Positions 37,178-52,115 are shown, counted from the first letter of the stretch. The stretch is DNA of 64,000 bases from Anaeramoeba ignava BMAN (GCA_028826165.1 JAPDFW010000103.1:124001-188000); one strand, 5' to 3'. The notes: generated by a model not told the origin, from the sequence alone. A program made the numbers and translations.

Positions 37178-40100
37178 ATGATAAATTCTTCTAAAGAATT
37201 AATGTTAATGATTTTTAATTTATCAAATCATCAATTTTCACCTGAAAAACTTGTTCAAACATTTAATAAGCTTAAATTAAACGAAAATTTAGATGAAAAT
37301 TTAAATATAAATGAAGTTTTAATTCAAGATGAATTTTTACGTTCTTCTTTTGTTAATTCAGTGATTAAAAACATGAAACAAAATTCAAATTCTTCAATTT
37401 TTATATTAGAATCACTTCATTTTTTCAATATAAAAAAAATTGGTTTGTTTATTATAATTATAATTAAATTTAAAATTTGTTTTTTAAATTTATTTTTTAT
37501 TTTTTTTTAGATTTACTTTTCTTACATTTTTCCAAGTTTGATCAAGTTAAAATAATATTCGATCTTTTAGAAATTCATTTAGAAAATTTAAAAATACAAA
37601 TTCAATGTTGGAAGTTTCTTAGAAATTGTATTAAAAAAGAAAACGGATAAAAAATTTTAACTTTTAATTTTTAAATTTTTAATTTTTAATTTTTAAAAAG
37701 TATACAGAATTTCAAAAAAAGACCAAAATAAATGGAAACTTTTAGAGCGAATTCGAGACAGTTCAAACAAAAAAATAATATTTTCTAGTTTGGAAAAATA
37801 TTGGGAAAAAAAAACACTTGCTTTTTTAATTCTCCATTTTTGTTATCATTTAGTTAAATTGGAATTTTCAAGTTTTTTTCGAGAACATTTTTTCAATTTA
37901 ATTGTGAGTGTTTTTGTCAAGCATAAAGAAAATGAAGAAGTTGAGGTTTTGTGTTTAAAATTTATAACTCGTTTGCTTTTGTTTTCAAGAAAAAAGAAAG
38001 AAAATGAAGAAAAAGAAAAAGAAAAAGAAAAAGAAAAAGAAACACGAAAAGCAAAAAATTTGAGATTGAAAAATAATTTAATAAAGCAAATTTTGCCTCA
38101 TATTTTGGGATTGATGACAAAATATTCTCATTCTTTACTATTCATTGAGACTGCAAATTATTCTTTGTCAATAATTTTTCAGGATTTTGAAGAAAGTGAA
38201 AGTGTGTCCAAAATAGAAGTTCTCAATTCAATATTTGGAACTTTTTTGACATTTCCCGGCAACGGAAAAATCCAAGAAAAAGCGCTTTTTGCAATTAATT
38301 CAGTTGTATCTGATCCATCCTGCAAAAACCACTATGATTTCCAGGAAAACGAGGGGATCAAATGTGTGCAAATTTGTTTGAAGAAGTTTCGTCGAGATGA
38401 AAACATCCAGATTGCAATCTGCAATGTGCTGTCTTCATTAGCAATCAACAAGAAAACGCAACTTCCAAATGAAATCCAAGGACAATTAGAGTTTGCGTTG
38501 CCAAAAACGATAAAGACAATGAGACTTTTCCCCAACAATCCAAGAGTGCAAGGTTTATGTTGTAGAACGCTGAGGAATCTTGTTGTGAACGATGGAGCAC
38601 GTTTTGAGAATATTGCCAAAAGAGGAGGCATTGGATTGATCAAAACAGCGATCCAAAAAAATTATCGTGATCTTCAATTACTTGATCCTGCTTTTGATTG
38701 TCTTTCCTATCTCGCAGAAAATCCCACTTGCTGCGAGCAGATCGTTAAGTTCGGTTTTGCCGATATCATAAATTGTGTGTTGGACTGGCAAAAAATGCAA
38801 AAACGACTTCAACGGCAAATGAACAAACAAATCCAAATCCAAATGCAAATTCAAGTGCAAAAAAAAAAGCAAGCAGAAGAAGTGGATCAAGAATTTGAGA
38901 ATATCCGACTTTTATTGAGAATGGCAGAGATCGGTGCAGAAATCAACCGCATAATTCCGCATCTAACAACTCATGCTTTTGAATCCAAAGAAGTTTTGCG
39001 GTTGATGATCTCTTTTGAGCATTTGGCACTTTTTTTGCTTCCTTCTTGTCCCGAAATCCGGCAACGTCTTTTATCGAATCAAAATCTTGCAAACGTAATG
39101 AAAGTCTTGAAGTGTTTCAACGAGAACATTAATGTTGTTATTGTTTGTTGTGGGGTTCTTACTGACTTGGCAAAAATGAAGAAAAAAGACTCGATTCAAA
39201 AGCAAATCATTCTTGATGCTGTGGATATTTTTTTGCGCGCAATGAGAAAGAATCCAGACGTGAAACAATTGCATCAGAAATGCCTACTTTTTTTTGCCAT
39301 TTCAACAAATCAAAATTCTGATGTTTGTTCTGAAATTGTGTCCCGAAAAGCAATTCCAACTTTCATCAGTTCAACTTTTCGATTTTATCGAGATTCAAAT
39401 TGTGCGAAATTTGGAGTGCAAACAATTCTAAATTTAGCAAATATTCAATTGGATTCACTTGTTGAGATTTCAAAACTTGGTGGACCGAATTTGATTGAGT
39501 TCATAATCAAGACACATCCAAATAACATGTATTTAAACAATGTAGACAAAACGATTTGGAAAACGATTCCAAAGCCCATTCAATCAAGAAGCGATCGGAT
39601 TGCAATGCATGAGCAGAACTCAATCATACAGAAACAAAGATTCCGAGTGAAAAAATCCAGGTTTGTTCTTGTTGAACAGCAATGGATGAATTTCCATGGC
39701 AGTTCAGTTGTTTTTAAAAATAAGGTTTTGCATTCAATTGAGTTTTGGAATCAAGGTTGGAGAGTTGCTAAAAGAAAATTTCCTAAAGTTCATGATCTTC
39801 CTGTTTTGGATTCCAGAGTTTTTACTCGCTATTCTGGATTTTTAATTAAGCGTGGATTGAAATTTCAAACTTGGAAAACTCGATGGTTTGTTTTAACTGA
39901 TGAAAGTTTTTCTTATTATAAGTCTAAGAATGTAAATTCAAATTCAATATAAAATTCAATTAAAATTCAATTCAAATTCAATTAAAATTCAATATAAAAT
40001 TCAATTAAAATTCAATTAAAATTAAAATTAAAATTCAATTAAAATTCAATTAAAATTTAAATCGGATAAAAAATTCAATTCAAATTCAATTCAAATTCAA

Positions 40101-43024
40101 TTAAAATTTAATTAAAATTCAATTAAAATTTAATTCAAATTCAATTAAAATTCAATTCAAATTTAATTCAAATTCAATTCAAATTTAATTCAAATTTAAT
40201 TCAAATTTAATTCAAATTTAATTCAAATTTAATTAAAATTCAATTAAAATTAAAATTCAAATTCAATTCAAATTCAATTAAAATTTAATTAAAATTCAAT
40301 TAAAATTCAATTCAAATTCCAATTCAAATTCCAATTCAAATTCAATTAAAATTCAATTAAAATTAAATTCAAATTCAATTAAAATTCAATTAAAATTCAA
40401 TTCAAATTCAATTAAAATTCAATTAAAATTCAATTCAAATTCAATTAAAATTCAATTAAAATTCAATTAAAATTAAATTCAAATTCAATTAAAATTCAAT
40501 TAAAATTCAATTAAAATTCAATATAAAATTTAAATAAAATTCAATTAAAATTCAATTAAAATTTAATTAAAATTCAATTAAAATTAAATTCAAATTCAAT
40601 TAAAATTCAATTAAAATTCAATTCAAATTCAATTAAAATTCAATTAAAATTCAATTCAAATTCAATTAAAATTCAATTCAAATTCAATTAAAATTTAATT
40701 AAAATTCAAATAAAATTCAATTCAAATTTAATTAAAATTAAAATCGGATAAAAAATTAAAATCGGATAAAAAATTAATATTCATTTCTTTTATATTTTCA
40801 TTTTCACTTTTTAAAGGAAATTTCTTGTATAAAAGAAATAAAACTTTCAGATATTATAAATATCAAAAAACTTGATAAAAATAATAAATATCACAAAGAT
40901 TATTGTTTTGAAATTATTACCAAATCAAGAATTCTTCCAATTCAAGCAGAAACAGAAGAAAAAATGGAAGGATGGATATCTATAATAACAGAAACATTAG
41001 AAATTCGAAGATTATTACAAAAAAACTTACCAATACTTAATGTAAAAAATAATATAAATTTAAATTAAAATTAAATTAAATTAAATTAAATTTTGTTTTT
41101 TTGAATTGAAAAATTTTTTTCCGATTTTTAAATAAATTAATTTTTTAATTAAAAAAAAAAGGATTGTTTAAACGGAAACTTTAGTTCACTTACAGAAACA
41201 ACAGAAATCAATTGTTTCATTGATAAAAACGGAGATAGTCTTCTTCACCATTTCATTCGCAATAGAAGAACTGATATTCTTACTGAAATTTCACCAGTTT
41301 ATGATGCTCAACTCAAAATTAGCAAAAAAAACTACTTATCATTATCTGCTTTGGAAATTGCTGTCTCTCTTTATCTAGAGGCTAATCGTCCTCAAGAAAA
41401 TATTTTGGACGCTTTTCTCGTCTCAATTAATGATAAATCAATCTTTAAAGACTCAGAAATATCAAAATGTCTCTCAAGATTCTGGAAATTCTGGAAAAAT
41501 CAATTAACTTCAAGTCTCATTGAAAAAAATGCAAAAAATCAAAACCAAGTCATTAATGATTTTGTTTTTAATTCTTTAGAAGAAAATGTTATTTTTGATA
41601 TTCAAAAAATCATTCCAGAAAATGCCCAACTATCATCAAAAACAATGTTCAATTATTTCATCTCAAAACAAAATTGGAATCTTTCCATATTTACATTGCA
41701 CCACTTAAAAAATATCAAAAAAGAAGATATAATCGAATCTCTGCAATATACTCAAGAATATTACTCAAATTTGATTGAAACCCTCATAACTGAAAATTTA
41801 TGGCAAATATATCAAATAACTTTCAATATTTTTGAATTATTACTTGATTGTCAACCAAAATCATTGAATTTGAAACCAAGTGTTTGGGCAAAAATATTCA
41901 GTTTAATATTCCAATCTCCAAACTATGCAGACGTTCTTTTCAAACTTATTTCGTTAGGAATCAATATCGATTCATTTCAAATAGAAAATTCCAAAATTAC
42001 ACCTTTTCAATTTTTAGTTTCCCGAAATGAAGTTGATATTGTGGAAAAAATTCTCAAGGAAAAACATGTAAATATTTCTTCTACAAAATTTACAGAAGAT
42101 GATATTCCAAGTATAATGCATTTTGTATGTCAAGAAATCACGAAAAATAATGTGGTTCAAAAATCTCAAATGGTTAAATTGCTCCTGGAATATGGAGCAG
42201 ATTGCAAAATAGTTGATAAACAATCCCGTAGTGCGCTGCATCACTGCATTTCAGGTAAATTTGGAGATGTTTTGATCAACGAGGAAATGAGTGAAAATGG
42301 ATTGGATATAAATATACCTGAAGATCGCTCAGAAATTCAACTTGAAATTCTTTTTGATCAACTTGAATCACATTCACTTGTTAATCAAACTGACAGTCAA
42401 GCACGTACCATTTTAATGTCAGCTTGTCAACATGGCGAGACAGAAATTGTTTCTCGACTCATTAAGACAAAGAATGTTCAATTAATGGATCGTGATTTGA
42501 ACGGTTGGATCGCTTTGCATTATTCAATTAAATTTGCAAAATTTGAAATTGTCAAATTTCTTCTTCAAATTGACAACAAAGATAATAGTCAAATTTTGGT
42601 ACAAACCAAGAATAACGCTACAGTATTTCATCTAGCAGTAATGGGTTCAATCGATCTAGACGCATCTTCAGAGATTTTTACTCTTTTGTATTCTTATTAT
42701 AAAAAAAATTTCGATAAAGATCCTGATTTGAACCAATTAACAGATCAAAAAAAAAATTCAGTGTTGCATCTTGCTTGTATAAACGGTCATAAAAACATTG
42801 TCTCTGAGATTTGCAAAATAAAAGATGTTGATCTTAATCTACAAAATTTCAAAGGGAAAACTCCTTTAATGTGTGCTTGTGAATCTTTAATTCCTTCAGT
42901 TGAAATTGTGAAAAATTTGATTTTAAATGGAGTTTCAAAAACATTGAAATGTAAAGAAGAAAAAACTGCATATGATTATGCAATTCAAAGTGGGAATACT
43001 TTATTTCTTGGTTTATTGAAATGA
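37178..43024 (+). CDS. Large ARM-repeat + PH domain + ankyrin-repeat protein
   Basis: ARM-like repeats in ORF 37790-39952. PH domain GFLIKRGLKFQTWKTRWFVL is continued after intron 39932-40816 (CFEIITKSRILPIQAETEEKMEGWI). Intron 41042-41161 joins in frame to ANK ORF 41351-43024. Confidence 0.8.
39935..40740. repeat. (AAATTCAATTA)n intronic repeat
   Basis: Directly visible. Confidence 0.9.
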
Positions 43025-43360
43025 AAGTGGAATTTTTTGATTTTTTTTTTTGAAGAATAAAAGAAATTCATTTTTTTTCTCTTTTTTTCTTTTTAATTAA
43101 AAAAATGTTTTTTTTTGTTTTTATTTTTTCTTTTTTTTTCTTTTTATTTAGATTACAAAGAAAGAAAAAAGAAAATGAAAAAAAGAAGAAAAAATTATTA
43201 AAAAAACAAATAAAAGAACTTTCAAAGAAAAAAAAAAAAGAAGAAGAAAGATTATTAATGTTATTTAAAATGAAAGAAAAAAAAGAAAAATAAAATTAAA
43301 ATTATAAAAAAAAAATAAGAAAAATTTTTTTTCATTTTTTTTCTTTTCGAATTTAATTAA

Positions 43361-46300
43361 ATGAGTGAACAAATTAAATTTGAATATCCTTTAACAAGAA
43401 GAGATGAAACAATTTCACGAGATTATCATGGAACAAAAGTTTTAGATCCTTATGATTGGTTAAGTGAAGATAATGATGAAAAAAATGAATGGATAAAAGC
43501 TCAAAATGATTTAACAAATAAATATCTTTCACTTGCAAAAGAAATTAAAGAAAAAGCAAATCAAAAGTAAATTATTTATAAAATTAAATATAAAATTATA
43601 TATAAAATTATTTATAAAATTATTTATAAAATTATTTATAAAATTATTTATAAAATTATTTATAAAATTAAATATAAAATTATTTATAAAATTATTTATA
43701 AAATTAATTATAAAATTAAATATAAAAATTATTAATAAAAAATTATTTATAAAAATATAAAATTATTTATAAATTATTTATATAAAAATTATTTTATAAA
43801 ATTATTTATAAAAAATAAAATTATAAAATTATTTATAAAATTTATTTATAAAATTATTTATAAAAATTATTTATATAAAATTATTTATAAAATTAAATAT
43901 AAAAATTTATAAAAATATATAAAAATTAATTTATATAAAAAATTATAAAATTATTTATAAAAAAATTATTTATAAAATTATTTTATAAAATTATTTATAA
44001 AAATTTTAAAAAATTTATAAAATTATTTATAAAAATTATTTATAAAATTATTTATAAAATTATTTATAAAAATTAAATTATAAAATAAAATTTATAAAAA
44101 TTATAAAATTATTTATAAAAATTAAAAATATAAAATTATTTTATAAAATTATTTATAAAAATTTTAAATATTTATAAAATTATTTTATAAAAATTATTTA
44201 TAAAATTATTTATAAAAAAATTTTATAAAATTATTTTAAAAATTAAAATTTATATAAAATTATTTATAAAAATTATTTATAAAAATTATATAAAATTATT
44301 TATAAAATTATTTATAAAATTATTTATAAAATTATTTAAAAAATTAATTTTATAAAAATTATTTATAAAATTATTTTATAAAATTATTTTTATAAAATTA
44401 TTTATAAAATTATTTATAAAAATTATTTTTATAAAATTATTTATAAAATTATTTATAAAATTATTTTATAAAATTATTTATAAAATTAAATATAAAATTA
44501 ATATAAAAATTAAAATATAAAAATTTTAAAAATTTATAAAATTATTTTTAAAATTATAAAATTATTTATAAAATTATTTATAAAATTATTTATAAAAAAA
44601 ATTATTTATAAAATTATTTATAAAATTATTTATAAAAATTATTTATAAAAATTTATTTATAAAATTATTTATAAAATTAAATTATAAAATTATTTATAAA
44701 ATTATTTATAAAATTATTATATAAAATTAATAAAATTATATAAAATTATTTATAAAATTAATTTATAAAATTATTTTAAAATTATTTTATTTATAAAATT
44801 ATTTAAAAAAAAATAAATAAAAATTTATAAAAATTAAAAATTTTATAAAATTATTTATAAAAATTATTATTTATAAAATTATTTATAAAATTAAATATAT
44901 TTATAAAATTATTTATAAAATTATTTTTATAAAATTATTTATAAAAATTATTTATTAATAAAAATTATTTATAAAATTATTTATAAAATTATTTATAAAA
45001 AATTATTTTATAAAATTATTTATAAAATTAATTTATAAAATTATTTATTAAAAATTAAAAATAAATTTTATAAAATTATTTATAAAATTATTTATAAAAT
45101 TTTATAAAATTAAATATATAAAATTATTTTATAAAAATTATTTATAAAATTATTTATATAAAATTATTTATAAAAAATTATTTATAAAATTATTTATATA
45201 AAAATTATTTTATAAAATTATTTATAAAATTATTTATAAAATTATTTTATAAAATTAATTTATAAAATTATTTATAAAATTATTTTATAAAATTATATAT
45301 ATAAAATTATTTATAAAATTATTAATAAATTATTTATAAAATTATTTATAAAATTATTTATTAAAATTATTTATAAAATTAAATATTAAAATTATTTTAT
45401 AAAATTAATTATAAAATTATTTTATAAAATTAAATTAAATATAAAATTTATTTATAAAATTAAATATAAAATTAAAATTATTTATAAAAATTATTTTTAT
45501 AAAATTATTTATAAAATTATTTATAAAATTATTTATAAAATTATTTATAAAATTATTTATTAAATTATTTATAAAATTATTTATAAAATTATTTATAAAA
45601 TTATTTATAAAATTATTTATAAAATTATTTATTAAATTATTTATAAAATTATTTATAAAATTAATTATAAAATTATTTAATTTTTAGAATTGAAGATAAT
45701 TTAAATTTCCCAAAGTATTCTGCACCATTTATTGTAGGAGATCGTTATTATTTTTATTATAATACTGGTTTACAAAATCAAACTCCTTTATATTATCAAA
45801 AAGCATTAGATGATGAACCAGTTTTATTTTTAGATCCAAATACATTTTCAGAAGATGGAACAACAAGTTTATCTGCAACTGGATTTTCAAGTAATATTTT
45901 TTTTAAAAACATGAAAAATTGAAAAATTGAAAAATTGAAAAATTGAAATAATTAAAATTATAAATGAAAAGAAAGTGGAAAATATTTTGCTTATGGAAGA
46001 AGTGAAAGTGGAAGTGATTGGCAAACAATTTATGTAATGGATGCAAAAGAAGGAAATCATTTAGAAGACAAAATTCAATTTGTGAAATTTTCAACGTATG
46101 ATTAATTTTTTTTTATCAAAAAAAAATAACACAAAATTATATCAATTAAATTTTCAAACAAATAGAATCACATGGACAATCGATGATAAAGGATTCTTTT
46201 ATTCACGCTATCCAAAATCAGAATCTAAAGATTTAGGAACTGAAACACAAGCAAATATTTATCACAGAGTATGATAAACTTAAAAAATTGATTTAAATTT

Positions 46301-48190
46301 TTTTAAAAAACTTTTTCTATATAAAAAACAAATAGTTATATTATCACAGAATTGGAACAAAACAAGAAGAAGATGAATTAATTTATGGAGATGATGAAAA
46401 TGAAAAACTTATGTTTTTTGCAGAAGTAACAGAAGATGGGAAATATTTGGTTTTATACGTATCACAAAGTACAGTTCACGTTAACAAATTGTATCTATTT
46501 GATCTTGATAAGATTGAAAAAGAAGAAAAAACTGGATTGTGGAAACCATTTAAATTGATTGATAATTTTGATGCAGAATATGATTACATTGACCATAACG
46601 GAACTTTGTTTTATTTCAAAACAAATAACAAAGCTGATAATAATAAGATCATCCAAATTGATATTGCAAATCCTGATCCTCAAAACTGGAAAGTAATTGT
46701 TGATGAAAAAGAAGATAGCGTTTTGGAATCTGCAAGAGTTGTTAATCAAGATTATTTGGTTTTGTGTTATCTTCACAACGTTGCTAATCAGGTTTATCTT
46801 TATAATTTCAAAGGAGAACTTCTTTCTGAAATTAAATTACCTGATCTTGGATCTGTTGCTGGTTTAGATACAAATAAAAAAGTAAAAAAGAAAAACTCAT
46901 TAACATGAAATTTTCAATCATTTCAATTTATTGAGAAAAAAAAATAATATTTTGAAATAATTTTATTAACAAAATAAAAAGGATTCGGAATTTTTCATCT
47001 ATTTCACATCCTTTTTAAATCCATCAACAATTCTTCACTATGATTTCAAAACACAAAGTACCAAAATATTCAAGCAAGTTAACATTAAAGGATTTGACAC
47101 AAACGAATTTGAGACCAAACAAGAATTTTATGAATCAAAAGATGGAACAAAAGTACCAATGTTCATAATCTCGAATAAAAACACAGAATTAAATGGAGAG
47201 AATCCATGTTGGTTATATGGATATGGAGGTTTCAATATTACAATCGGAATTAGTTTTTCTGTTTCAAGATTAGTTTTTATCAAGCATTTTGGAGGGATTT
47301 ATTGTATTGCAAATATTCGTGGAGGAGGAGAATTTGGTGAATCTTGGCATAAACAAGGAATGCTTGAAAAGAAGCAAAATGTGTTTGATGATTTTATTTC
47401 TGCTGGTGAATTTTTAGTTGATAAGAAATATACTAATCCATCAAAACTTATTATTAATGGAGGTTCTAATGGTGGACTTCTTGTTGCTGCTGTTACTAAT
47501 CAAAGACCAGATCTTTTTGGTTGTTGTGTTGCTGCTGTTGGTGTTCTTGACATGCTTCGTTTCCATGAATACACAATTGGTGCGCAATGGTGTGGAGAAT
47601 ATGGTATTTTTTTAATTAAAATTTATAAAATTTTTTCTTGACATGCTTCATTTCCATGAATATGATAACAATTTATTATTTTTTTATCATCAAAAATTTA
47701 TAATTTTTAATTTTAATATTTATAAAAAAATATCAAAATATATCATTTATATATTATTTCATGTTTTTAATTAATATTTATAATATTATTTCTTTAATTA
47801 ATATTTATCAAAATATATTATTTCATGTTTTTGGATAATTTATAATTTTTTTAATTAATATTTATAAAAATAGGATCTTCTGAAAATAAAAAGGATTTTG
47901 AATTTTTAATCAAGTATTCACCACTTCATAATGTTAAATCAGATATTCCTTATCCAGCAGTTTTACTTACAACAGCAGATCATGATGATAGAGTTTCACC
48001 AATTCATAGTTTTAAATTCATTTCAGAATTACAATTTAAATTAGCAAAAATTCAAAAGCAACCATTGATGATTAGAATTGATACAAAATCAGGTCATGGA
48101 AGAGGAAAGTCTTTAAAAATGAGAATTGAAGAAACTTCAGATATTTACGCTTTTGTTGCACAATGTTTAGGTCTTAAATGGAAGGATTAA
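43361..48190 (+). CDS. PREP: Prolyl oligopeptidase (peptidase S9A)
   Basis: [59 protein letters not shown] (catalytic Ser), DHDDRV (Asp), KSGHG (His); multi-exon. Confidence 0.95.
43570..45675. repeat. (ATAAAATTATTT)n pure-AT intronic repeat
   Basis: About 2.1 kb with essentially no G or C, in PREP intron 1. Confidence 0.9.
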
Positions 48191-48224
48191 AATCAAAATT
48201 TCAGAAGAATGCAAATCTAAATTC

Positions 48225-49160
48225 AATTCCAAAATCAAATTCAATTTCTAAATCAATTTCTAAATTAATTTCCAAATCAATTTCAATTTCAATTTCAATT
48301 TCTAAATCAATTTCAATTTCAAAATCAACCAAATTTCCAAAATCAATTTCAAAATCAATTTTAATTTCCAAATCTATTTCAAAATCAATTTCAAAATCAA
48401 TTTCAATTTCTAAATCAATTTCAATTTCAATTTCAAAATCAATTTCAATTTCAATTTCAAAATCAATTTCAATTTCAATTTCAAAATCAATTTCAATTTC
48501 AATTTCAAAATCAATTTCAATTTCAATTTCAATTTCTAAATCAATTTAAATTTCAATTTCTAAATCAATTTCAATTTCCAAATCAATTTCAATTTCTAAA
48601 TCAATTTCAATTTCCAAATCAATTTCTATTTCAATTTCTAAATCAATTTCTAAATCAATTTCAAAATCAATTTAAATTTCAAAATCAATTTCAATTTCAA
48701 TTTCAAAATCAATTTCAATTTCTAAATCAATTTCAATTTCAATTTCAATTTCAATTTCAATTTCAAAATCAATTTCAAAATCAATTTCAATTTCAATTTC
48801 AATTTCAATTTCAATTTCAATTTCAAAATCAATTTCAATTTAAATTTCAAAATCAATTTCTAAATCAATTTCAATTTCAATTTTTTCAATTTCAATTTCA
48901 ATTTCAATTTCAATTTCAATTTCAATTTCAATTTCAATTTCAATTTCTAAATCAATTTCAATTTCAATTTCTAAATCAATTTCTAAATCAATTTAAATTT
49001 CAATTTCAAAATCAATTTCAAAATCAATTTCCAAATCAATTTCAATTTCAATTTCAAATTTAAATTTCTAAATCAATTTAAATTTAAATTTCTATTTCTA
49101 AATCAATTTCAATTTCAAAATCAATTTCTAAATCAATTTCAATTTCTAAATCAATTTCAA
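48225..49160. repeat. (TCAATT)n / TCTAAATCAATT intergenic repeat
   Basis: Directly visible; produces the spurious SISK ORF. Confidence 0.9.
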
Positions 49161-49250
49161 TAAAATTCTTCTTTTCAAAAATTTTTTTCATTTTTTATTT
49201 TCATTTTTTTCCTTTTCAAATTATAAAAAAATCCTTCAATTTTTTTAAGT

Positions 49251-51826
49251 ATGACAAATTTAGAAACAAAAGGTAAAATAATTTCTAAATAATTTTTAAT
49301 TATAAATTAATTAACAAAACTTAATTAAAAAATTTTTTTTTCCTTTTTTAATTTTTATTTAAATTTTTTTTTCATTTTTTTTTCTCTTAAATTATTTCAA
49401 AATAAACAAAGAACAACAAACAAAAAGACATAAACCACAAATTGAAAAAGAAATGCTAACAAAAAAACAAGAACGAAAAGAACAAAAAGAACAAAATCAA
49501 AATCAAAATGAAAATCAAAATCAAAATGAAAAACAAAATCAAATTGAAAAACAAAATAAAAAACAAGAACAAAATGAAAATCAAAATGAAAAACAAAATG
49601 AAAAAGAAAATGAAAAACAAAATCAACAAAATGAAAAAGAAAAAGAATTATTATCTAAAATGACAAAAAGAAAAGAAAGAAGAGCTTATTATTATCAACC
49701 AAAAAGAACAAAATGAAAATCAAAATGAAGAATCAAAAATTTCACAAAATCAACAACAAAATCAAAACCAAAAAAATCAAAATGAAGAATCAAAAATTTC
49801 ACAAAATCAACAACAAAATCAACAACAAAATGAACAACAAAATGAAAAAGAATTATTATCTAAAATGACAAAAGATGAAAGAAGAGCTTATTATCAATCT
49901 AAATTAGGAGATAAAGCAATTCCAAAAAACAAACAACAAAATCAAAATCAAAATCAAAATCAAAATCAAAATCAAAATCAACAAAATGAAAAACAAAAAG
50001 AAAAAGAAAATCAAAATCAAAATCAACAAAATCAAAAAGAAAAAGAAAAGAGATTATTATCAATCCAAAAAAAAAGAAAGAGAACAAAATGAAAATCAAA
50101 ATGAAGAATCAAAAATTTCACAAAATCAACAACAAAATCAAAACCAAAAAAATCAACAAAATCAACAACAAAATGAACAACAAAATGAAAAACAAAATGA
50201 AAAAGAATTATTATCTAAAATGACAAAAGATGAAAGAAGAGCTTATTACCAATCTAAATTAGGAGATAAAGCAATTCCAAAAAATAATCAACAAAATCAA
50301 AAAAAAAATGAAAAAGAATTATTATCTAAAATGACAAAAGATGAAAGAAGAGCTTATTATCAATCTAAATTAGGAGATAAAGCAATTCCAAAAAATCAAA
50401 AAAATCAAAATCAAAATCAAAATCAAAAAACAAAAACAAAATGAAAATGAAAATGAAAATGAAAATGAAAATGAAAATGAAAAAGAAAAAGAAAAAGAAA
50501 AAGAATTATTATCTAAAATGACAAAAAAAGAAAGAAGAACTTATTATCAATCCAAAAAAAAAGAAAGAGAACAAAATGAAGAATCAAAAATTTCACAAAA
50601 ACAAAAAAAAAAGCAAACAAAGCAAAAAAACAAACTTGAGATAAACCAGAACAAAAACGTGCGGTGGAGCAGCACTGATCTATTCTCGATCACATCACAT
50701 TTACGAAAGTATCACAGTCAGAACTCTATTTCAATGGGGATTTCTTTTGGAGAGCAAAAAATTCATTCATCAGTAATAAAATTAGGATTGAAATTTTCAA
50801 GCGGAATTGTGAAAGGAACAACGAACAGAAGCATATGCTTGCTCAATGTGTTCCGGGATGTTATCAACGACATGAAAATTGAGAATATTTTCCGAGATGA
50901 AGCAATAACTCAATTGAACAAGCAAATTGCATTTCTTGAAAAATATCGACCGTTTTCAGAACCAATGTACAATGTGATCAAAATTGTGAAAAATTCCATC
51001 TTGAAAATCGATCCAAACCTCACGTATCTAGAAGCAAAAAAGCACATTTGCGAAACTGTGATTGACAATTTTATACAATCCAAAATAATTGATGCTGAAA
51101 ATGAAATTAGTGAATTAGGAACACAAAAAATTAAAAATGGAGATGTCATTTTGACATATGCTAAATCTCGAGTAATCGAGATGATCCTGAAGAGAGCGCA
51201 CAAAAACAATATAAAATTCCGCGTTCTTGTTGTGGATTCACGTCCGTTAAACGAGGGCAGAGAGCTTCTGCGCACTCTTGACAAGAAAGGAATAAGTTGC
51301 ACTTATTGTTACTTAAATGCGTTGTCTTATATGATGAAGGAAGTGACAAAGGTCTATCTTGGAGCAGCAACACTTCTCTCAAATGGCGCCATTGTTTCTC
51401 GCATCGGGACTTCCATTGTTGCGATGATGGCGCGGCAGTTTAATATTCCTGTTATTATTTGTGCTCCTACTTTCAAATTTTCCGAAAAGGTTCAAATGGA
51501 TTCGTTAGTTTCAAATGAACATGGAAATCCAAAAGACATCATAGAAATCGACACAAGTGACTCAAATATCATCAAGTGCAGTGATGATCCAAAAATCGGT
51601 TCTCTCCATCAATTCTTGCTTTCTCCCAAATAATAATTCTACTGACGGTTTTCATTATCCTGTTCCAACTTATCGTGATGACCAAAATCTCCAGATTTTT
51701 AGTCTTCTTTATGATGTCACTCCTATTGATTATGTTTCTATTGTTGTTACTGAGTTTGGTTTGCTTCCTCCAACTTCGGTTCCTGTTATTATTCGAGAAT
51801 TTAAGAAAGAATTGACTTCAAATTGA
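49251..51826 (+). CDS. EIF2B4: Translation initiation factor eIF2B subunit delta with repetitive N-terminal extension
   Basis: IHSSVIKLGLKF, GTTNRSICLL, KIKNGDVILTY, FRVLVVDSRPLNEG, LLSNGAIVSRIGT, KFSEKVQMDS, LLYDVTP, TEFGLLPPTSVPVIIRE. Frameshifts in the N-terminal repeats and near 51595 (A-run). Confidence 0.88.
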
Positions 51827-52115
51827 TTTTTTTTTTAGATTTAAATTTTATCATTTTAAATTTTATCATTTTAAATTTTAAATTTTGATTTTAAATTTAG
51901 ATTTTAAATTAGGAAATGAAAAATGAAATTTTAAAAACAAAAAACAATTTTCTAAATGAATCCAATTTCGATTTTTATTTAATCCACTTTTTTTTTCTTT
52001 TTAAAAAAAAAGCAAAAATAAAAAAAAAGAAATTTTTCTCCTTTTTTTAAATTTTTTTTTCATTTTTTTTTTTCATTTTTTTTCTTAATAAATTTAAGAA
52101 CTATTTATAATAAAA

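Noticed and set aside
48178-48549. SISK-repeat ORF
   Set aside because: Translation of the (TCAATT)n repeat downstream of the PREP stop codon.
18160-51630. Programmed frameshifting or stop-codon recoding at frame breaks (about 18168, 36870, 49670-50450, 51595)
   Set aside because: Breaks are single-base indels in or next to A-runs within otherwise conserved genes, typical of long-read consensus error. All genes end in standard stops, so there is no evidence for a variant code.
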